DNA of 64,000 bases from Vitrella brassicaformis CCMP3155 (taxonomy: Eukaryota > Protista > Chromerida), in assembly GCA_001179505.1 (NCBI GenBank), contig CDMY01000510.1, forward strand, positions 1 to 64,000, in the 5' to 3' direction. Of the stretch, positions 1 through 10,940 are shown piece by piece; position 1 is the first letter of the stretch, and every line of letters starts with the position of its first letter. Both the position numbers and the translations under genes were made by a program. The notes beneath the pieces are model-generated. The model did not search any database. It saw nothing but the letters and a program-made list of their open reading frames with translations, and had not been told where the DNA came from.

Positions 1-263
1 GCTGATAGAATCAAGGGATCGGTCAAGGGATCGGGATTTAGCCTTCTTGAGCACCAGGCGCAAATGAGTTTACATCCTCCGTCTGGGGGCGTCTCTTGGG
101 GAAGCGTCTCCTGCACGCGTGACAAGGGATGGATGGATGGATGGATGGATGGCCGCGGAGAAGCGGACGGCTACAGCCTGACTGGCCGCAACGGGGACTC
201 CTGCCTGAAGGTTGCTGTCCCTGATCTGTCCCACTATCTCCAAGGGGTTGCGCAACGTCCTGA

Positions 264-645
264 CACACCGAGCTGGGCTGCCTGCTGGGCAACATCGACT
301 CCGAAATGACCCGCCTGGCGCAGCTGCGGGTGGCCGCCGAGGTGCAGCGTGCGCGGACCGAGATGGCTGAGCGTGAGAGGGAAAGCGCCTGCATGGCCTG
401 CCTGACGGAGCCACGAGCAGTGGTGCTGCCATGCGGTCAGCAAGGGAGGCAGAGAGAGAGAGAGCGGTCCGTTCATGTGTGTGTGTGTGTGTGTGTGTGT
501 TGTGTGCGTGTCAGGCTGCAAGTGTTACTGTGGCCCTTGTCATGAGCGCATCGTCAGGGGCCGCCCAGGCGATGACGCCATGACCAATGAGGACGATGAG
601 CCAGAGCCGGTGCCCAGATGCCCACTGTGCTCCAAACAATTCTGA
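264..645 (+). pseudogene. C-terminal RING-finger (C3HC4-like) gene remnant; upstream frame broken
   Basis: Splicing 435|GT..AG|515 gives CMACLTEPRAVVLPCGCKCYCGPC...CPLCSKQF* (stop 643-645). There is an in-frame TGA at 261-263 just upstream of HTELGCLLGNIDSEM, so the 5' part is frameshifted or joined by an intron I could not identify. Confidence 0.55.
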
Positions 646-915
646 CCAGGGGCAGAAGGGAGGGGAGGGGAGGGGGCGGGCTGGCAGACTTTTTTCTGTC
701 TGGTTGCTTGTCGGATAGATTGGTGGCTGGCGAGCCAGACGTGAATTCATTCACAGTGTGTCTGTCGTTCCATGGACTCATTTGCTCGGCATGTACTGCC
801 CATGACTCACCCTTGTACAGTCAATGTTCTACGCAAGAAACATCGAAATATAAAACGTACGCAGCGATTGATCACCGCCGTGTATCATACAGCCAGCCGC
901 ATCTTACCCCATTCG

Positions 916-1851
916 TCACAATAGCTCATCGGCGAGATGCTGTGGCCGCCACCCTCGCCCCCTCCACCTCCCTCTCGCTCTCTCTTCCTCACATAAGGCT
1001 CTCCCTCCTCCAGCTGGATGACGAGCTGCTGGATGAGGTGGGGATTGGCGGGCTGGGAGGGTGTCGGTCGCGGTCAGACACGCGCACGACACCCCCACCA
1101 GGCCCGCTCTCACGGTTGCATCAAAAACGGAAGCGGCGCTGGTGGGCTTGGCGGGCTTGGCGGGCTTGGCGGGCTTGGTAGTGGTGGCCTTCTGCCTCAG
1201 CGTGCCTTCCCTCGCCCACTTCCGCCGCAGACGAGCCAGCTCCGCGTCGCTGTTGGCTCTGGCTTTGGCGACACCTGCCGCTATCGCCTCCGACTGCGCA
1301 AGCAAGCAGGCGGGAACAGGCAAAGATAATGACCTTCCTGTCCTCGACCGCTGTTTGGTCCATCGTTTTGTTACCGTCGCCCACATCCTGGCCTTCTCCT
1401 GGGGTGTCACCCAGTTCGCCAAATCCTGATGGACAGACACACAGTGCACCGCACGCAGAGAGTGAGAGGTGTGCTGCGCGAGGGCACATTGAATGCGTGC
1501 GCCATTGCTCACCTCCTCAGTGAGCGGCTCGTCAATTTGACTCGTAGTGATACGTCTCCATCTCTACACACTGGCGGGCCATCTCGTAGGCCTCCTGCAG
1601 TTCCTGGAACGCCTCAGTGGAGCCGCCCTTCTTGTCAGGGTGGCACTCCTGCATCACATTAGATATGCATCACATTAGATGCATGCATGCGTCGAATGGG
1701 CATCTGCCCGCCAACGTGAGCCCTCTCCCTCCTCATTCGCCAATGCGCTTACCAGGGCACGCTCCAGGAACCGCGCTCTCACGTCAGCCAGGGTCGGCGT
1801 GGCGGACGCGTGGAGGCCTAGGACAGCGAGGGCGTCAGGCGATGTCGGCAT
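916..1851 (-). pseudogene. J-domain (DnaJ-like) protein, copy 1, with an apparent 1-nt frameshift after the J domain
   Basis: MPTSPDALAVLGL...VRARFLERAL|ECHPDKKGGSTEAFQELQEAYE carries the HPD motif. The frame stops at 1532-1534. The shifted frame (WRRITTSQIDEPLTEE) splices in phase 0 to DLANWVTPQEK. The 3' end is approximate. Confidence 0.7.
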
Positions 1852-2476
1852 GGTGACAGGGCGTGACAACTCAAGGGGGAGCTGACTTGAAAGTCCAGCA
1901 GCAAGGGCCAGGGCGCTGCTGCTGCTGCTAGTGTGTGCTCGCACAGAATAAAATGGGCGACAAGACAAAGAAATAAAATGGGCAGCAAAAGACGCGCCCC
2001 ACGCGATTCTCGACTCGATTCTCGACAATTTTGATTCTCGACGCCGGTCATACATCGACAACACGCTCGCCAGCGGCCGGTGGCCGTGATCATCCTCGGT
2101 CGGGAATCGGGAATATCAAAGCGTCTCTGCATATACACAGTATGTCCTGCACACGGAATGAACCCTACACAGCATGAAGTGTAGCTATCCACACACACAT
2201 ATACGCACGTCGGCCTGTCTGTATGTGTCCATCTCTCCCGTGTCCATCCATCCATCCATCCATTCGCTCTTTCCCCCAGCTATAGGTAGTTCCCTCTTTA
2301 TCATCCTCTCGTCTGCCTGTCTGCCCCACTATCACATCGGATGACGCGCCAACAAGCCATGACGGTACCTGACAGAAGAAACCACACACAGACATGGACG
2401 CAAGCAACGGATGAATGAATAGCCGACAGACCGCCCCGTGTGTTTGTGAGAGAGCCCTCTCACCTTTAGAGTTTGC

Positions 2477-3414
2477 TCAAGGTCGGAAACGGTGCTTGGC
2501 CGCCTTCTCCTTCTGCTTTGCCAGCTTCTCCCGCTTGGCCAGTGCCTCCGCCCTCTGCTGCTGGTGGCGAGCCGACAGGCAGGTCGCCACTCGGGGCACA
2601 CTCGCGGCGGGCTTGGTTGGGGACGACGTGGTGGGAGTGGGCTTGGCGTCCTCGACCTCGTCCTTGGTGTGGGTGTTATCCTCCTCCTTCTTCTCCTCCT
2701 CCTTGCTAGCATCTCCGGTGACGAGCTTGGTGGCAGCCATCTTGGTCTTACCCTCGGCCGCAGTCTTGGCATCCGACTGGGCGGCCGCAGCAGCCTCCTC
2801 CTTCGCCTTCTTGCTCGCGGCATCCTCGGCCGCCTTCTTCTCCTTTGCCTTCTCACTCTGCACAAGGAAGCAGACGGGCACATCCAGGCAAAGAGAATGA
2901 ATGAATGACGCGTCCGTCTGTTGTCGAGCGTCGTCTGGTCCGTCAGTTCATTACCATCACGTACTGCATGGCCAACTCGTGGGGTTTGGGGAGCTTGATC
3001 TTCTGATGGACAGACGACACACACCGGACAGAGAGTGAGAGGTGTGGTGTGTTGCTCAAGGGCCCATTCAGCGAGTGGACTCTGCTTACGAAGGAGACGA
3101 GTTTCCAGACAGGCAACGAGTTCCGCCACTCCACATGGGCCCGGGCCACCTCATACGCCTCCTTGAGCTTATGAAACGCCGCGAGAGAGCCGCCCTCCTT
3201 GTCTGGGTGGCACTCCTGCACGCACAACACACATGATTCATTGCATGCCAGCGAGCATCGAATGAACTGCATCCTTCCGCCAACGTGAACCGTCCTCATT
3301 CGTTAATGTGCTGACCTGCGCGCGCTGCAGGAACCGTGCCCTCACGTGTGCGGGCGTGGTGGGCAGGCGAAGGTCCAGCGCAGCGAGGGCATCGGCGGGC
3401 GAGAGGCTGGACAT
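2477..3414 (-). CDS. J-domain (DnaJ type III) protein, copy 2, with a Lys/Glu/Ala-rich C-terminus
   Basis: MSSLSPADALAALDL...VRARFLQRAQ|ECHPDKEGGSLAAFHKLKEAYE; canonical GT-AG introns; the first intron is similar in sequence to that of copy 1. Confidence 0.8.
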
Positions 3415-3523
3415 CGCGGCTTGCTACGCCAAGGGAGTGGACAACCTCACCGGCTCGACTTGCTACGGCTCAGCCTGCATCCGCCCTCCTGGCGGTGCCC
3501 GCCAGCTTCGATCCGCTCAAAAC

Positions 3524-3531
3524 TGCGAGCT
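3524..3531 (+). promoter_or_regulatory. TGCGAGCT candidate promoter motif in the DnaJ2/def divergent spacer
   Basis: Exact 8-mer that recurs in several divergent intergenic regions of this window. Confidence 0.35.
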
Positions 3532-3559
3532 TTTGCGAATCTCAGCTCCCGACCCGTCG

Positions 3560-4940
3560 ATGCAGGAGCGTCGTGTGTGCAGCGACGTGTTCTCATTCGG
3601 ACTGATCTCATTGCTGATCTGTCTTTGGAAAGATTTCATCCTGGCGTCAGCCATGAACGGAGAGCGGAAGATGGCGACCTTTCTTTCGCTGAGGCCCACA
3701 GGCGACGGGCGGCCTCGTCGCTGGACGCACCTTGCTGCAGGTGGGCTGGCTGAATGAGATCTCCGGCTGCACTGTTCTCATGTGGGATGAATATCTGTGC
3801 ATGGTTTTGCCTTCAGGCAAGGGATTTGGAGGAGGTTTTGGGAGTGCCTCTACTGCAAAGGCATCATCACAAGCAGGCGCCAAGTCACTTGCTCCAATGG
3901 CCAAGAAGAAGATCACATTCAGCTTGGACGAAGAGGTGAGCTGGGGAGGGAGAGGGACGCCGTGCACAGCAAGGCGGGGAAGGAAGATTCGCCGCTCATG
4001 CGTGTGTCTTGCCTTCTGCACACAGGAGGTCGACCCTGGGGTGGTGGATGGCCTTGAGATCGTCAAGTACCCACACCCAGCACTACGGGCCAAGAACGAG
4101 GAGATCAGAGAATTCAGCACTGAAGGCGTCAAGGTGAGCATCCGACCACCATCTTGCATCGCATGTGTGCCACCGTGCTCGTGTGTTGGTTGCTTCAGCG
4201 CCTTGTCACTCGGATGTTCAAGCTCATGTATGCGGCAGGAGGGGTGGGACTGGCCGCGCCACAGGTGAGCAGCGAATACAGCGCTTCTCCTCAGTACACA
4301 GTCGTCAGCTTGCCTGTGCGTGCGTCGCGTCAGGTTGGCATCAACAAGCGGCTGATGGTGTTCAATCCGTCGGGGAGGATGCGGAGGAAAGACAGCGAAA
4401 TGATACTCCTCAATCCACAAATCGGTATGAGGGGTGGGTGGGTGGACGATGTGGGTGGGTGATGGCCACGCACACGCACATCCTTGAATGCGGCCACTTT
4501 GCTGCTGGTTGTTTGGTTGGTTGGCTCTGTGTGTGTGCAGTGGATCAGTCGCTTCAGAAAGATGTCATGGACGAGGGCTGCCTGTCCTTCCCCGACATGA
4601 ACGGCCCTGTCACCCGCAGCATGGAAATCACCGTCCAATACAACACCCTTGACGTGAGCGGCCTCACCTCACTCATCCGCAAATGCAGCCTAGCCTGACT
4701 TGCTCATGGATCTGTCTGAATGTGTGGGCATCTGTGTGTGTGTGTGTGTGTCAGGGCAAGTCGACCAAGCGGACGTTGAGTGGCTGGGAGGCCCGCATCT
4801 TCCAGCACGAGTATGACCACATTGACGGTGTCGTGTACATCGACCGGTTGCCGCCCGAGGCTCGCGAGCGTGTGCAGCCTCAGCTTGACAGACTGGTCAA
4901 GGACTATGAGGAGCGCACCGGCAAACCGGGGGCACTCTGA
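3560..4940 (+). CDS. def: Peptide deformylase, probably plastid-targeted, multi-exon
   Basis: All three PDF motifs are present after splicing: GVGLAAPQ, EGCLS, QHEYDH. A hydrophobic N-terminal leader (FSFGLISLLICLWKDFILASA) is followed by a transit-like segment. Confidence 0.95.
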
Positions 4941-5358
4941 TGTCTGTCTTTCTCGTTCCAGTGGAGGCGTGCAGTGATCTGGCTGTGACGAATATCTGAA
5001 GAAGTCGAGATGACTGATGGATGTTTGGTGGGTGGGGACCTGCAGTGTGACAAATCATTTGCCGACCTCTGATTCATTCACACAGAAGAGGTTGGTCAGC
5101 CGCCATGGACAGACACGTAGCAGCACGAATCACGTCCATGCGTCTACGCACACAGGAAGCTGTACAATCACCCACCCATGTGAGCATGTATACTGGCTAC
5201 CGTAAGCTATCCATCATATCGCCCACCGCTGGCTGGCTCGCTCACGCATTACACCTAAACAGAAACACGCACCAAGCCACAACAATCCGAACGCAAGACA
5301 TCTTTGAAGTACGGCTCCACACTGCATGTCTCCCACCCGTGATATGATACTTGTCCTC

Positions 5359-7292
5359 TCACGAGAGGGTCCAAACTTCCATCTCAGTGATGGTGAAGGT
5401 CATGCTGCCCGCCAGAGTCCCATCGCCCGCCGCATCCACCGGTCCCCGATATCCGGCCGGCAAGTAGGGATTCTTGACCATCATGCCGCAGCTGCTGAGG
5501 TCGGCAGCCAGGCCGGGCTCAGCATAAGCTAACACCACACCCGCTGCATCATCCACATAGATGGCCACCTTGGCGAATGGCCGCCCACCAAGCCACCTCA
5601 CCGCCCCCTCCCGCCCAGCGACCGCCACCGCCTGACGACCGTCGGGTGGCGTGTCGATCCTGGTGGGTCCGTCACACGCCCCGCTGATGCTGTAGACCCT
5701 CACGGGGCAGTCGGTGGTCTCGTACGATGTGGGGTCGGCGGGTGGTTCGAGGGGGCCGTCCACGAAGGCTGCAAATTTGTGTGTGTCGTTGTGCTGCACG
5801 ACGAACAGCAGATTGCTGACGTCGCTGACACAGTCGAGGAGACTGCTGTGACCGAAACCGTCGCGGCTCGACCTATCGTAAACAAGACATCCATATGCAC
5901 ACGACATTCTCCAACCCCTCAGTCGCCCATCCTTTCCTTCTGCGTGTCCGCGTACTTGTACAGCAGGGAGGGCGGCTTGCTCATTCGCCCCGTGAGCTCC
6001 ACCAATGACGCCAGGTGGTCCTCCGATGTGACGATGAGGTCGCCGCCCGCGCCCCATCGGTAGAAGGGCTGGTGCTTGAGGCCGTACTGACACAGAAAAT
6101 ACCGACACATGCCAGATGTCGACTGAAATAGCACCCACTCAGACAGACTCACCATCTGCAGGTCCTCTACAAACAGCTCTCTGCGCCGCTCGATCACAGG
6201 TGGGGCGACCTTCTGGCCGGCAGGCATGACGGCCTGGCGCCTTGCGAAATCCACAACACGCTGCAGATGCTCAGCTGAGGTCTGACGCACATCGGGCTCC
6301 AACTGGTACGTCCTGAAGACACACAACACACAGAGGAGAGCATTTGACAACCCATGTCGTCGTGCCTTTTCCGCCCTCTTCGTTGCCTACGGTGAGAATC
6401 TGTTGAGCAGTGGGCTGTTGGTGGGGCCGAGAGGCGACAGTGTCCGGCGCATGACCGACACCCTCTCCCCCAATATGGTGACGCTGAGCACCTCGTCCTC
6501 CTCGCTATCGTCCGTTTTCATGAACGGCTCCATCGCGCACAGGAAGGCCGCCGTCCGCTCCTTCTCCGCCTTGAGAGCCTCGTACGCACGCTCATACAGG
6601 CGGCGGCTCTCGTCAAACGCCGCAAAGGGCCCCGCTACATCCGTCTGCCTCTGCCCCTCCCCCTCTCCCATCTGCACATCGCCACTGCCGCTACTGTCGC
6701 CATCACCGCTGCCGAACTCCCTCATGAAGAGCGCGTGGTACTCGGCATACGATGGGTCGTTCTGCAGGGCGGCGGTCAGCTCGATGGCGTCCTCGCGGCC
6801 CCGCTCGACGAATGTGAGCTCGTTGAGGAGCCAGCGGAAGTATGCCGGGCAGCTCTCGAGGTAGGGCCGCTTCTCTGCGTCGTGGGGCAGGGCGGCCTCG
6901 AAGCGCAGCAGCAGCACTGACAGGTAATTTCGCACCATCGACGGCCGCATGAGGGCCGCACGCGAGACCGGGAAGACGGTGCCGCCGACGTTGAGAGTGA
7001 GAGTGCCGCTGGTCTGCTGGGGCTCCCGTGGGCCGCCCTTCTCGCTGATCATGGCATGCATCTCCTCTGCCAGCCGCTTGGCCTCGTTCTCCGCCGCCTT
7101 CCATCCCGCCAGTGCCTCGGTGAGAAGCCGCTCCAAAGACGATTGGACCGCATGGAGCCGCCTGTCGCCCTCGACGCTGCTCGTTGTGACGCCGTCGAGC
7201 GAGGAGGGGGGAAGGGGCTGCTCGTCGTCGAAGGGCAGGCCGAAAATGCCCTTTCGCTTCTTGGATGCGCCTGATGCTGCGGCCGCCGCCAT
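5359..7292 (-). CDS. BTB/POZ + second BTB-like segment + TLDc domain protein (family member 1)
   Basis: BTB start TLTLNVGGTVFPVSR; TLDc LLYK|SSRDGF...GDGTLAGSMTFTITEMEVW*; three introns with consistent phases. Confidence 0.85.
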
Positions 7293-7347
7293 TGCTATGA
7301 AGTGATGGGCGCTCAGACGGTCCCGTGTCGGTTGTAAACGCAGCTTC

Positions 7348-7355
7348 TGCGAGCT
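7348..7355 (+). promoter_or_regulatory. TGCGAGCT candidate promoter motif in a divergent spacer
   Basis: Exact 8-mer between start codons at 7292 (-) and 7445 (+). Confidence 0.35.
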
Positions 7356-7444
7356 GCAAGGAAAGGCGGAAATCGGTAGCGAGAGCTTGGACGATTCCTA
7401 GGCAGCTGGGACGCTTCCCTGCCACAGCGGTGCCGTTAGCCATC

Positions 7445-8154
7445 ATGCGGATTCGTTGGCGGAACAAAACGCTCACCGAGAGGGGAGCCAAGCTCATGGA
7501 GGAGGCCGTCCGATACGTTGAAGACAAGTATGACGCACACACACACAGGAACACCAGCGGCAGAAGAGCAAACCATTCTCCTGAGCAGCTGTCTATCGTC
7601 ACCTGTCTGTCTGTGTGATCGTCTCAGGATACGCCAGGAGGCCCACGATGCCATCATGAAGGACGAGAAGCCGCCGGGTGGGCACATGGGTGGGCAAAGT
7701 TGTATGGACGGGCAAGTCGACACCTGTATGTGCGTTAATCCGGGTTTTCTTGTGCTGGTGCGCTTTTCTGTGTGCGTGTGCAGAGCCTCCCCACCTGCCC
7801 ACGGTGATAAACGATCGTCTGTTCCCTCACTGCATCGCAGTGGCCGTCGTGCCAAACGCAGGTAGGTCAGTAGGTGGGTGGGTGTGGGCGGATGCCTCAA
7901 CACGCCAAGCAGAAACATACGCAGAAGAGAAGAGTCATGTCTGCCGGTCGTGTGTGTCGGTGATTCAACCTGGGTGTGCAGGTGAGGGTTCGTGTTTTAG
8001 AGGCATGGAGTGTGCACAGATTGAGACCATGGGCAAGGTACGGCGGCAATCGACAATTGACGGATGGAGGGGAGGGGAAGCGATGCGGTAACTGTGTCTG
8101 TCTGTCTGTCTGCAGGTGTACAATGTGGCTCTGGTGCTGCGGCCGGAACCGTAG
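7445..8154 (+). CDS. Small 5-exon hypothetical protein of about 101 aa
   Basis: Four GT-AG introns with matching phases give MRIRWRNKTL...FPHCIAVAVVPNAGEGSCFRGMECAQIETMGKVYNVALVLRPEP*. Confidence 0.7.
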
Positions 8155-8600
8155 CGCTCAGATATCGTATGTGTATCATGTACAGCAAGGTACGGATGGC
8201 TGGATGGATGGGGAAGGAAGTAGATATCTCTGCTCCCTCGCTCGCTCGTCGCGGGCTAATCGTCTCTCCTCCCTCCCTCCCTGCCGGCCTGCCTGCCAGT
8301 GCTGCCAGTGCGCCTCGCCTGCCTCTCTCTCCTGTGCATATTTGTCACAATCCTGTCTGTGATCATGATCAATCATGACAGAATAAGTGAATGGTGTACA
8401 TGGCACATTCGTGACATCGAATTCGTTCGCTCGGACGGGACGGGACGCTTTTATTTGATTGATTCGTGTGGAGTGAGTGAGTGGAGTGGATCAACGGATT
8501 GTCTGGACGAACCGCCGGCTGATCGGATCGATGATGACCTGAGACTAATTGCCTGTCTGTCTGTCGTACTGCTCGCACACATACACTCACGCGACACTTA

Positions 8601-8690
8601 ACGCGACAAATCGAAGACAGTGCCGCCGACGTTGAAATGAATGTGCCGCTGGTGTGCTGAGGCTCGGAAGTGCCGCCCCTCTCACTAAAT
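8601..8690 (-). pseudogene. Isolated frameshifted fragment of the BTB N-terminus of the 5359-7292 gene
   Basis: FSERGGTSEPQHTSGTFI[-1 nt]NVGGTVFDLSR aligns with ISEKGGPREPQQTSGTLTLNVGGTVFPVSR. Confidence 0.75.
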
Positions 8691-8713
8691 AAATAGATAC
8701 ATTCCAATCCCCC

Positions 8714-10329
8714 ATGCAGCTTAGCTACCGCGCAACTTGGCTGTCCCAGCGCATGGACACACGGACAATCATACCCTTAACCACCACCACCTGGCGCAAA
8801 CTTGGCGCCCATTCAGGGCGTTTTGGTGACGTTGCGACCCTCAGCAGATACCCTCCAGCTGTCAGTTTTGTCAGATCTCTCGATTTGTTGGCTCGGCTGT
8901 CGGCCTTTCTGGCGCTGCGTGGAACTTTTCCGCTTCCCATGTCAAGCAGAGATGAGCTGTGGCCTCCTAGGGACGTTCCACTGAACTTCGACTGCCGAGA
9001 AGCCTTCCCGATACTCGGCCAAGTGCTCGACTGCCCTACACACCAGCAGAGGGCCACATGCTGGGCCCACGCCACAGGGTGCGCCTACCTGTGCGCGGCT
9101 CAGCTGCAGCGACACTGTGCGCCAAGTGACCTTCCGGAGATCAGACGTCAATGCGATCCAAACCGACTGGCTCCTCTCTGCGGTGACGCAGAGACGTGTC
9201 TCGGAAGCGGCTGTGACCCCGCGATTGCGCTGGAGTGTCTCACCGGCAAGCCTCCAACTCGCATTGGACAGGGCCTATCAAATCTGCAGCGGGTGCACGA
9301 GATCTGTCGGTCAGCTGAGTGATGCACGATATCAGTTGTCACACAGAATGTCATCTGACTGTCGCTTTCCCTCATGTTCAGGTGGATCTACGAGAAAGGC
9401 CCTGTCGTGTCTGCAAGTAAGCCTCAATGGGCGAGCTCCTGTCAGCCTGTGAAGATGCCCATTCTGCTGTACTGCAGGCTTCGCAGTCCGGAATGACTTC
9501 ACTGGCGGCCGACGAGGACCGTACGACACGCAGCAGAGGCCCGGGCCCAATCTAGGCCGACATGCTCTCGTCATCATCGGGTGGAAGAAGACACCACACG
9601 GCGAAATTCGTAAGTAAAGCAAGAGAGACGGGCACACCCTCGCAGAAGTACCAAGCATTCCGCTGTCATTTCAGGTGGCTGGTCAAGAACAGCTGGAGAC
9701 ACTCTCACCTGACAGAGGAGCTTTTCGGACGCCAAGACATCGATAGCGAGGTGCTGGGGATAGACCTGAGCAACACTCCCGAGCGCGACTTCTTCCTGCC
9801 GAACAGCCCAGATGAATGGGCATTGATTCACGATGCACTTGACGGACCGTGGCGTGAGAGCGGTGGGCCTCTGTCATCGGCACACTTCTTCAAGTGCTTC
9901 ATGAACAGGCAGACAACACAGCTGCGCTTTGTCTTCCAGTGCCCGGGTTTGTTCTTCGCTCAGTTCACGAGTGGGAACAGGCAGGCAGGTCTTTACAATG
10001 GAAGAGCGCAGTTGAGTAGAGCTTATGTGGAGGCCAGGGGCCTGTCCTCTGTGGTTGAGGTTAATGGGGCGGGGAATCAGATCAGAAGGATGCCGGTGGT
10101 GCTGCGTCAGAAAGGAGAGCACGAGCTGAAGCTCTCGTTCGAACAGCCAGGCGGAGACTACCGGTCGTTCGTTTTTGAGCGAGTGAGGTCAGTGAGCGGG
10201 CAGCCTGTGCGTGTGCATGAGCTTCATGAGTGCGAGGATGAGTGTTCTCTGCTGTCACCGATGCTGTGTGATTTTTCAGCTCTGCACTCATCCAGCTGCT
10301 CTGCTGTGGGGGTGTTTGGGTGTGGGTGA
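8714..10329 (+). CDS. Divergent papain-family (C1A) cysteine protease with a C-terminal extension
   Basis: After removing three introns: PLNFDCRE, QQRATCWAHA (catalytic Cys), ICRWIYEKGPVV, GRHALVIIGW (His), WLVKNSW (Asn). The start codon is uncertain. Confidence 0.8.
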
Positions 10330-10940
10330 GAGGTGTTTGCGTTTGTCGGCCAATCGTGTGCCGACCCACCTTTCTGTTTATTTCGGTGATCGACTGCCGA
10401 CTGACTTATCGCATGAGACCGTGTACAATAGGTGTGCGTCAAAACCATGGTTGCAAGCCGCCCGACCGACAACACACACCTCACAAATTCAAATGCGTGT
10501 GCTCTGCCTGACCCACCAACTCACACCCATCAGTGGGCACGCTGTAGCTTTGAGTAAGCATGTTGGAAGCGGCTGGACTACACCCATGACATGCAAAGGC
10601 TGGTACACACATTGATGCATCAGTCCGGCCGGCGGCTGGGTGACGCCCCTCTCTGCTGATCGAGGGCGTCACTGCTGGCCCTGGCTGCTGGGCACATAGC
10701 ATCACACAACACATGGCATGGGTGTGCATGGGATGGATGGCATGGATGTCTGTGTGTGAATCGCATGACGTCGAACGCCCCTGCCTGCCTGTCTGTCTGT
10801 CTGTCTGGGTGGCTGTCTCGATGACGTACTAAGTAAGTAAACACATTTCGACACACATACATGACTGTACACACACCTTCACTCGAATGCACTCACTGCA
10901 CCCATCGACTGCACACGTTCAGACGATCGGGTTGATTCAG

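Noticed and set aside
1-125. Possible LTR or polypurine-tract boundary, and a TCAAGGGATCGG duplication at the window start
   Set aside because: There is no second LTR, no gag or pol similarity and no target-site duplication visible; too little context.
1145-1180. 9-bp tandem repeat as a CRISPR-like or other array
   Set aside because: It encodes a simple KPA peptide repeat, with no spacers or cas genes.
3560-4940. Bacterial-type genes (def, leuA, DUF442, MBL) as contamination or a prokaryotic island
   Set aside because: All carry host-type spliceosomal introns, and several have eukaryotic targeting leaders.
10640-10672. Short hairpin GTGACGCCCCTC...GAGGGCGTCAC
   Set aside because: An 11-bp stem in GC-rich DNA is plausible by chance and has no supporting context.
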